Under the pieces are notes generated by a model, which worked only from the letters and a program-made list of their open reading frames with translations, searched no databases and was not told the DNA's origin. DNA of 64,000 nucleotides from Bacteroidota bacterium (lineage in GTDB: Bacteria > Bacteroidota > Bacteroidia > AKYH767-A > 2013-40CM-41-45): assembly GCA_039806065.1 (NCBI GenBank), contig JBDKJS010000083.1:4010-68009 (forward strand). The letters are read 5' to 3'. Each line of letters starts with the position of its first letter. Position 1 is the stretch's first letter. Made by a program: the position numbers and the translations under genes. Of the stretch, positions 61,401-64,000 are shown piece after piece.

Positions 61401-61649
61401 ATATACCAAATAAAGAAACTCCAGGAGGAGAAGGAATATACCAAGGTTAAAAAAGCGATTCACAAATTAAAACCTAGCATTGATAGCATGGGCATGAAAA
61501 CCCTAAAATCATTGTTGATAGCCATTGAGGATAAAATTGAGTCAAATCAGCTAATGGGGATAGCTGATGAACTAAATGCGGCCATGCACCTCTACACACA
61601 ATGTGAAGATGCCCTTAAACTAGAGCAACACGCACTACTACAAGAGTAA
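58497..61649 (+). CDS. Soluble hybrid sensor histidine kinase/response regulator with PAS domains and C-terminal HPt domain
   Basis: Coiled-coil N-terminus, no TM segment, two or more PAS-like segments. HisKA H-box MSHEIRTPMNAVIGM. HATPase_c GGTGLGLAI. Receiver DLVLMDLQMP. HPt HKLKPSIDSMG. ATG at 58497 chosen. Confidence 0.85.
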   Translation: MEKQLLDFLIEARHKEPHKAYSLPNAMTCYFEEKAKQDPAALAQEIAGLLSLTSSRIEDYKANIQQQNKILEQNAAELTKANQQLEQDLNLQRKTLRNLRNTAVMLARYSNVELSIEENNIEILSQLVQELIANREQDRLALVESKIKYSNLVEEINSIVMQINADGEFTFLNKAWYDITGHPIEHALHHSIYQFINDEQASLQLKEAINHMVQHNVLTYQTNLSISTHAKKTVYVELALKLSFNITGEINGITGIMTDITEILEKNKKINTLKDFYENILNKLPIDIAIFDQNHKYLYLNASAIKDEELRKWLIGKDDFDYAAFRGKSMDIATERREAFEQVIATGEAIEWEEHLPQGEGKGQNYIRWFKPISDENQQGSYVIGYGFDITERKSIESALKVSEAQFKAINTIVPVGIFIENQNRECIFVNEAFTNITGLTSEQTLVSSWRESMHAEDKKEATKLLEEAYKKNKTSIKLNTRYVHHNGSTHWTNINITEIRENEKLIGYIGVVLDITENVMQEQELLRAKEIALDSLRTKEQFLANMSHEIRTPMNAVIGMSDLLLKTTLSEKQLQYMEAINHSGKNLLVIINDILDFSKIEAGKLELEHTGFQLHKLVSNTIDQFQYSAAEKSIQLNFEFRNFTGSEIFLGDPTRITQVLNNLISNGIKFTEQGGVNVSIVKTAEDHELTSLEFKITDTGIGIAPDKIEQVFESFTQAHTGVARKYGGTGLGLAITKNLVEMMGGKVRLQSKINLGSTFTFTLKLFRGTIHDLQDELINNSIEIINYKLNILLAEDHKYNQMYAQSLLGEWGIKVDIAENGKVAINKLQEQHYDLVLMDLQMPVCGGLEATHYIRTKLTGPARQIPIIALTANAMKADIEKCYEAGMNDYITKPFDPQVLLKKIKKYTKASESDETLQQLKNADLRSAMLAEGEKLVDLGFLKKMSRGNKTFVLNMINMFYETSNPLIYQIKKLQEEKEYTKVKKAIHKLKPSIDSMGMKTLKSLLIAIEDKIESNQLMGIADELNAAMHLYTQCEDALKLEQHALLQE

Positions 61650-61674
61650 GGTAAATGAACATAATCTGTTAATT

Positions 61675-61709
61675 AAAATCTCGGTTCGTGGGTCGAGGTT
61701 TTAATTTTA
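61675..61709 (+). terminator. Terminator-like hairpin after the hybrid kinase gene
   Basis: AAAAUCUCG/CGAGGUUUU stem (one G-U pair) followed by AAUUUUAU. Confidence 0.4.
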
Positions 61710-61739
61710 TACATACCTTACCACAAATAAAAAGGACTC

Positions 61740-62315
61740 ATGAAAATTTTATTTCCTGCTAGTAAGCAGTTATTCATCTTGTGTGCATTGGTTACAATGC
61801 TCAGTTCCTGTACAATGAATAAAAGATTGTACAATGGTGGTTATCATATAGAATGGGGTAGCATAAAAAAGCAAGATTTACAAAAAAGACCTTACACCGA
61901 TCAGATATCTTTCAAAGATTTGAATAAAGAACCGGAGCGAGTCTTGCGTATGCCTGAAGTTTCATTGGCGCCCAAGCCCATGGCTTCGGCAAAAAATAAA
62001 GGGAGCGTTTTTACTAGCCGAGTAAGGAGTCAAGGAGCAGCATTGGCTCAAAAAGGAAAAGCGGCCTTGGCAAGTGCCATCATTAAAAATAAATTATCCA
62101 AAGCACAAGAGCGATTTGAAGAAGTGATGGCCGTTCCACCGCCCAGTGGAGGTTATGACCCTGTTTTATTAGTCATTCTGGCAGTATTGATCCCTCCGTT
62201 GGCCATGTATTTATTTCAAGGTAGTTGGAACAATCAATGCTGGATATCACTCCTTTTGAGTTTACTGTTTTTCATACCAGGGGTAATTTATACGTTGATA
62301 GTAATACTTGATTAA
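61740..62315 (+). CDS. Lipoprotein-like N-terminal region fused to a C-terminal Pmp3/YqaE (UPF0057) proteolipid domain
   Basis: Lipobox LSSC signal. C-terminus VLLVILAVLIPPLAMYLFQG...IPGVIYTLIVIL matches Pmp3-family two-helix proteolipids. Confidence 0.55.
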   Translation: MKILFPASKQLFILCALVTMLSSCTMNKRLYNGGYHIEWGSIKKQDLQKRPYTDQISFKDLNKEPERVLRMPEVSLAPKPMASAKNKGSVFTSRVRSQGAALAQKGKAALASAIIKNKLSKAQERFEEVMAVPPPSGGYDPVLLVILAVLIPPLAMYLFQGSWNNQCWISLLLSLLFFIPGVIYTLIVILD

Positions 62316-62405
62316 CCGAACGACCCATCAAAAACAAAGGGCGCTATCATTGCTATGATGGCGCCCTTTGCTTTATAAAAATATTTAGTTAAGCATCCCT
62401 TGCCC

Positions 62406-63029
62406 TTATTTTACTATTTTAAATACTACGCCTGCATTCATCAGTGGGCCTCCGCCAATACCAAGTTCAAAATTAATTCCTACAACTTCGTTTATAAAAT
62501 AATTGCCTCCTACATCTAATCTAAATGCCACTGGTAGCAGGTTGATGCTGGTATTACCAGTATAGTTAGGATCGTTGCTAATAAATTTAAGTTTTCCTTG
62601 AGCAGGGCCACCTGCCACACCAAAGTAAGCATCAAATTTTTCGCTATTGCCAAAATGGAAACCAAAGCGTGGCATGAACCTAATCCTAGGAAAATCCAAT
62701 TCATAATTATAACGAGTAATTTGACCATTAGAGTTAGTAACATCGTTTTTATAGACCACATTGGTATTGCTATAATTTACCTTTAAACCAAGGCCTATTT
62801 TATCGGTAACCATAAATTCAAACTGACCACCAATAGGGCCAATGCTTTTCACTTGAAGATCGATATTAAAGTCATCATCAGAATAATTATTTTTGATGAG
62901 GGTCCCCCATAGATTAGGGAAACCGTATTGAGCGGTGAACATGATATCTCCTTCTTTGATAACAGCAGCAGCAGCATCTAAAGTGAAGAAAAAGGAACAG
63001 CATACAATGATGGCAACTAATTTTTTCAT
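62406..63029 (-). CDS. Outer-membrane beta-barrel (OmpW/porin-family-like) protein
   Basis: Signal peptide and alternating amphipathic beta-strand pattern, about 200 aa. Confidence 0.55.
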   Translation of the reverse strand: MKKLVAIIVCCSFFFTLDAAAAVIKEGDIMFTAQYGFPNLWGTLIKNNYSDDDFNIDLQVKSIGPIGGQFEFMVTDKIGLGLKVNYSNTNVVYKNDVTNSNGQITRYNYELDFPRIRFMPRFGFHFGNSEKFDAYFGVAGGPAQGKLKFISNDPNYTGNTSINLLPVAFRLDVGGNYFINEVVGINFELGIGGGPLMNAGVVFKIVK

Positions 63030-63095
63030 ATTACGATTATTTGATTGGTTTCAAAGATAAGTAAAAAGATATTTAGTGAAGCGAGCTATGTTGCC

Positions 63096-63581
63096 TCACT
63101 GCTGCGAAGCCTTTTCAATTCTTAGACCCACATCCATTATTTGTGGCAGGGGGTTCACGCGCATGGCTTGCTGTAGCTTAAAAGTATAAGTGCCGGCCTC
63201 AGGAAAAACGAAGTTTCTTTTGAAAAGTGTTCTATTATCCCATATATCGCCCGAACCATCACCTAGCCATTTGCCTGTTTCATCGGCAAGGGTAATTTCT
63301 AGAGTGTCTAATCCTGTTTTACCAGATGGAGCGGTAGTTTCAAGAAACAAGAATAAATTGCTGAATGCATAACCTGAAGCATTGCGCACATTGATAAAAA
63401 TATGATAGGGCATCAAAGAATCTTCGATGGTGGGTGTAATAACTACTTGATAAGAAGTATCCCATCTATAATCTGGGATTTCTACATTGTCTTCAAAGAT
63501 TACCCCTTGATGGCATGCGCTTTGAGTAATTAATAATAATGCAAATATTAAATAGTTAACAAATGTTTTTAACCTCATCAT
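63096..63581 (-). CDS. gldH: Gliding motility lipoprotein GldH
   Basis: Lipobox (ITQSAC). Conserved GldH-like block HIFINVRNASGYAFSNLFLFL. About 160 aa. ATG at 63581 chosen; the ORF track extends to 63773. Confidence 0.65.
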   Translation of the reverse strand: MMRLKTFVNYLIFALLLITQSACHQGVIFEDNVEIPDYRWDTSYQVVITPTIEDSLMPYHIFINVRNASGYAFSNLFLFLETTAPSGKTGLDTLEITLADETGKWLGDGSGDIWDNRTLFKRNFVFPEAGTYTFKLQQAMRVNPLPQIMDVGLRIEKASQQ

Positions 63582-63582
63582 A

Positions 63583-64000
63583 TTATGCAGGCTGATCATT
63601 GTTGGGTGCTTGTGGTCGCTGGCGAGGTGGCCTGTTGTGCGATCTATTGGGGTCGTTGGGTTTCCCCTGTGGAGCGGGTTTAGGCACAATGGTATTTTGA
63701 GGTGACCTGCGCTCGTTGTTACTTTTGTCACGAGGCGGATGTTGCCTTTGTGGTGGCGAAGGTTTTGAATCATTGCTAGGTGTGGGTGCGGAGGTATTAG
63801 CCGTAAGTCCTGGTTTTTTTTTCTTCTTTTTCTTCTTTTTCTTTTTGTCTAGCCTATCAATCCTATCTTGGCCCACTACATTTTCATAATCTGGTTCTTC
63901 CACTTCCAATTCATCATGATCATCGCCACGGAGGTCAGTTGGCTTTACCTGTTGCGCATTAAGGTTCATTATTTCTTTGACCCTGTTTACATGCAGCGGC
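63583..64000 (-). CDS. 3' end of a gene encoding a protein with a low-complexity poly-Lys / Pro-Gln-Asn-rich C-terminal tail (5' end outside the window)
   Basis: Open frame to the window edge. K11 run followed by a PxxP-rich disordered tail. Stop 1 nt before the gldH start. Confidence 0.4.
   Translation of the reverse strand, partial: PLHVNRVKEIMNLNAQQVKPTDLRGDDHDELEVEEPDYENVVGQDRIDRLDKKKKKKKKKKKPGLTANTSAPTPSNDSKPSPPQRQHPPRDKSNNERRSPQNTIVPKPAPQGKPNDPNRSHNRPPRQRPQAPNNDQPA

Noticed and set aside
63806-63850. Long T/C-rich tract (tttttttttcttctttttcttctttttctttttg). I considered whether it was a simple-sequence repeat or mobile-element end.
   Set aside because: It is the coding sequence of the poly-lysine run on the minus strand, not an intergenic repeat.
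1-64000. Search for rRNA, tmRNA, RNase P, CRISPR arrays, integrases/transposases, restriction-modification or other defence genes
   Set aside because: Nothing found: no array-like repeats, no recombinase/transposase motifs, no rRNA-like conserved stretches. The only RNA gene recognised is tRNA-Cys.

Overview
AT-rich chromosomal segment from a Bacteroidota-type genome. The phylum call rests on GldH, several T9SS C-terminal sorting domains, leaderless/TTG/GTG starts without Shine-Dalgarno, a dcw cluster lacking murF/ddl, and Bacteroidetes-style MBOAT/DHHW and KorAB genes. The core of the window (5.5-20.9 kb, minus strand) is a complete, tightly overlapping division/cell-wall cluster mraZ-rsmH-ftsL-ftsI-murE-mraY-murD-ftsW-murG-murC-ftsQ-ftsA-ftsZ. 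Upstream of mraZ there are three 10-bp-phased GTGGA-type MraZ boxes. The rest is mostly housekeeping: gltX, folB, tRNA-Cys, a cyclophilin PPIase, pheS, psd, gdhA, korAB, acyl-CoA dehydrogenase, sixA-ppk1-ppx, ybeY, and a sigma54-type response regulator with a soluble hybrid histidine kinase. Two parts stand out. (1) A translationally coupled four-gene cassette at 877-5429: class B (B12-binding) radical SAM / NPPY-type MTS methyltransferase / Pol-beta-fold nucleotidyltransferase / second class B radical SAM. It converges on the ftsZ 3' end and I cannot assign its chemistry to a known pathway. This is my best candidate for an undescribed tailoring or modification system. (2) A T9SS-sorted, Cys-rich secreted protein at 44436-46781 with a clear lysyl-oxidase (LTQ/copper) catalytic domain. 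It lies next to an outer-membrane barrel protein that has a Cys/His-rich N-terminus. Other observations: an MBOAT+DHHW O-acyltransferase pair, a GC-rich structured intergenic element with a perfect 18-bp palindrome, an unannotated 53-aa membrane ORF, a perfect palindrome in front of the sigma54-type regulator, a lysine-rich mini-protein fused to the ppk1 operon, and a FtsI with a C-terminal PASTA domain. Coordinates of small hand-derived features (hairpins, tRNA) may be off by 1-2 nt. Gene start sites chosen inside the ORF-track extents are inferences.
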